NCBI RefSeq assembly: GCF_018350175.1
Contig: NC_058368.1
Span: 110,796,001-110,860,000, forward strand
DNA from: Felis catus
Lineage: Eukaryota
DNA length: 64,000 nucleotides
Direction: 5' to 3'
The notes beneath the pieces were generated by a model that saw only the letters and a program-made list of their open reading frames with translations, did not search any database and was not told where the DNA came from. Below are positions 61,560 through 64,000 of this stretch, piece after piece. Position 1 is the first letter of the stretch. Every line of letters starts with the position of its first letter. The translations under genes were made by a program, and so were the position numbers.

Positions 61560-63500
61560 ATATTTACCTAGTATTAGCCTCTCCACCCACCATGTCATAG
61601 GCAGCGATAAACAAGACAGAAAAAGGACTTGAGTATCAGGGGGTAAGAGATGAGAAGCACATACAGAAAATGGTACGTAGGTAAGTATTGTGAAGAAGAT
61701 AAAAATTGACCTAGAAAGTGAAGTGAGGGAAGGCAGGGGCAGCAATACATGTAAGCAGAAACCTGCTGAAGAAGGCACCAGCCATGGAGAAGTGGGACAG
61801 CTATTCAAGTAGCCTAAGTACAAAGGCTCTAAGATAAGAATGACCTTCATATGTTCCAGGAACAGCAAGGCCAGCATCGTCAGTGCTTAATGGGTGGAGA
61901 GTGAAAGGCAGTGAAGGTAGAGGAACAGGCAAGGACCAAAGCATGAAGAGCTTTGCAGGGAAGACATCATAAGCAAGTTGGATTTTATTTTATTTGCATT
62001 TAGCAACCTCAGGGGATAGAGGGTAAACATCAAGTGGCCTGATCTGATCCACAGTTTAGAAAGATCACTCCATGGGGCACCTGGGTGACTCAGTCAGTTA
62101 AACATCCAACTTCGGCTCAGGTCATGATCTCGCAGTCTAGGAGTTCAAGCCCCATGTTGGGCTCTGTGCTGACAGCTCAGAGCCTGGAACCTGCTTCAGA
62201 TTCTGTGTCTCCCTCTCTCTCTCTCTTTCTCTAAAAAATAAACATTAAAAAAAAAAAAAGTATTCTGTGACCGTGTGGAGAACGTAGTTGCTGGGAAAAA
62301 GGGAAGTAGTAAGATCCTTCAGGAGGCTTGAACCAGGGCAGTGGCAGTGAAGGTGAGCAGAAAGATATATTTGGAGGTATAGCTAATGGCTTACCTGTGG
62401 AAAATAACTGCATTCATTCATTTACTAAGACAGGGAGCCCCAGGAGTTTGGGTGAGAGGAGGTCAGGAATTCAGTTTGAGATGCATGTTAGATATCTGAG
62501 TCATGTCGAGGTGGCAGCTGGATATAGAACTCTGAAGTTCAGGGGAGAAAATGGGTTAAAGGTATAAACTTGGGATTCTTCAGCATACAGGTGGAACTAG
62601 ATGAGATCACTTAGGTAGAAGAGAGATAGAGACCTAAACATTGGGTCACTCTCCTATTTATCAAAAAACTTGGGAAGTAGCAGTCAAAAACATAGGGCAA
62701 CAAGCACATCTAGTGTCATGGTAGACAAAAAAAAAGAAATTATTTCCAGGAAGTTGTTTTGGTCAATTGCTTCCAATGCTAAAAACTGGATTTCTTTTTA
62801 AAGTAGGCTTTATGCCCAGCATGGGGCTTGAACTCCCGACCCCAAGATCAAGAGCTGCATACTGTACCAACTGAGCCACCCAGATGCCCCTGAAAACTGG
62901 AATTTATTATAGTCAGAAAAACATCAGGGTGCCTGGGTGGCTCAGTCGGTTAAGTGTCCAACTTCGGCTCAGGTCACGATCTGCAGTTCGTGGGTTTGAG
63001 CCCCACGTCGGGCTCTGTGCTCACAGTTCAGAGCCTGGAGCCTGCTTCGGATTCTGTGTCTCCCTCTCTCTCTTTCTCTCTCTCTGAAAAAGAAACATTA
63101 AAATAAAAAAGAAAAATGTCTACTATACTTGGCAATGTAAAAATAACCTTGATAAAGCCTGTTATTTAAGTGGAGTGATGTTTCAGGAAGACAATGTAAG
63201 AGGAGATAGAGAATACTTAACAGTTCTTTAAAGTTTGACTAAGAAGAGGAACACAGAAAAGGGGCAGACACTTAAGGGAGACTGTGAGGTCAAAAGAATT
63301 TGTTTTCAGGATTGAAGATACTGGAGCCATGCTTGTATGCTGTTGGGAATATTCCAGTTGAGGTCAACATTACATATACAGCTGCAGAAAGGTTGGTGGA
63401 GGTGGTGACAGGAAGAAGAAAGTATAAATTGGCAAGGTCATCAGAGTTCTGGAGTTTAGGAGAGGAGATGCTGGCAATCTGAGAAGAGACCATGTGAATC
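61560..63500 (-). mobile_element. L2 fragments with Can-SINEs at 62074-62259 (+), 62791-62890 (-), 62927-63116 (+)
   Basis: Reverse L2 phrases (tgttccaggaacagcaaggccagc, tttagaaagatcactc, ctagatgagatcacttagg) plus SINEC heads. Confidence 0.75.
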
Positions 63501-63805
63501 AGTCCTCTTGAAGTCTGAGAAGGAATCTCAGGAAGCAGAGGGGATTGTCTGGCACTAACTACGATCACTTTGACATTTGTATAAATGAGTCCCTACCAGT
63601 ACAGTTGCATCCATTTCTCTAGCCATGTCCTGTTGCTCAGGGACAGGTGTCAGACTCTGGACATAAAATCCTAGCCTGGGCTACAACAGGTTCCCATCTC
63701 GCAGCTTCCCTCTTGATGCCCTTGATCTCCTGCCCCCTGCAGGTGAAAGCAGAAATCTCTGGAGATGTCAGGTGACGACGAGTTTTGATCTACAAACTAT
63801 ACTCG

Positions 63806-64000
63806 TTTTCTTTTATTTTTTTAAATGTTTATTTACTTTGAGAAGGGGGGTGGGGAGGAACAGAGAAAGAGAGACACAGAATTCAAAGCAGACTCCAGGC
63901 TCTGAGCTGTCAGCACAGAGCCCAGCATAGGGCTCAAACTCAGACCGCGAGATCATGACCTGAGCTGAAGTATGATGTTTAACTGACTGAGCCACCCAGG
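63806..64000 (-). mobile_element. Can-SINE (runs off window end)
   Basis: Reverse SINEC body ending ...actgagccacccagg. Confidence 0.9.

Overview
Mammalian genomic DNA, most likely a felid: the abundant tRNA-derived Can-SINEs include felid-type copies. It holds two convergent, intron-containing genes. On the + strand is TCF7 (TCF-1, the Wnt-pathway HMG-box factor), from the end of exon 2 (window start) through a ~21.9 kb third intron to the last exon and poly(A) signal near 31.75 kb. TCF7 features include the internal promoter region for short isoforms, a 93-nt cassette exon, the 73-nt C-clamp (E-tail) exon, and a last exon with several acceptors read in different frames. On the - strand is the complete SKP1 gene (SCF ubiquitin-ligase adaptor): non-coding exon 1 in a CpG island at ~54.2-54.3 kb and five coding exons totalling 492 nt (163 aa + stop). 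The rest is introns and intergenic DNA with SINEC, MIR, L1, L2 and hAT fragments. Nearly all ORF-track entries are spurious. I see no wholly new gene system. The best leads are: an apparent +1 frameshift replacing the distal TCF1-E tail with a new 76-aa C-terminus; a distant-branch-point/YGCY cluster before the C-clamp exon; an SKP1 exon layout in which back-splicing would give stop-free circular ORFs; and several candidate T-cell regulatory elements. Exon numbering and ortholog comparisons come from my recollection of human/mouse proteins, not from a search.
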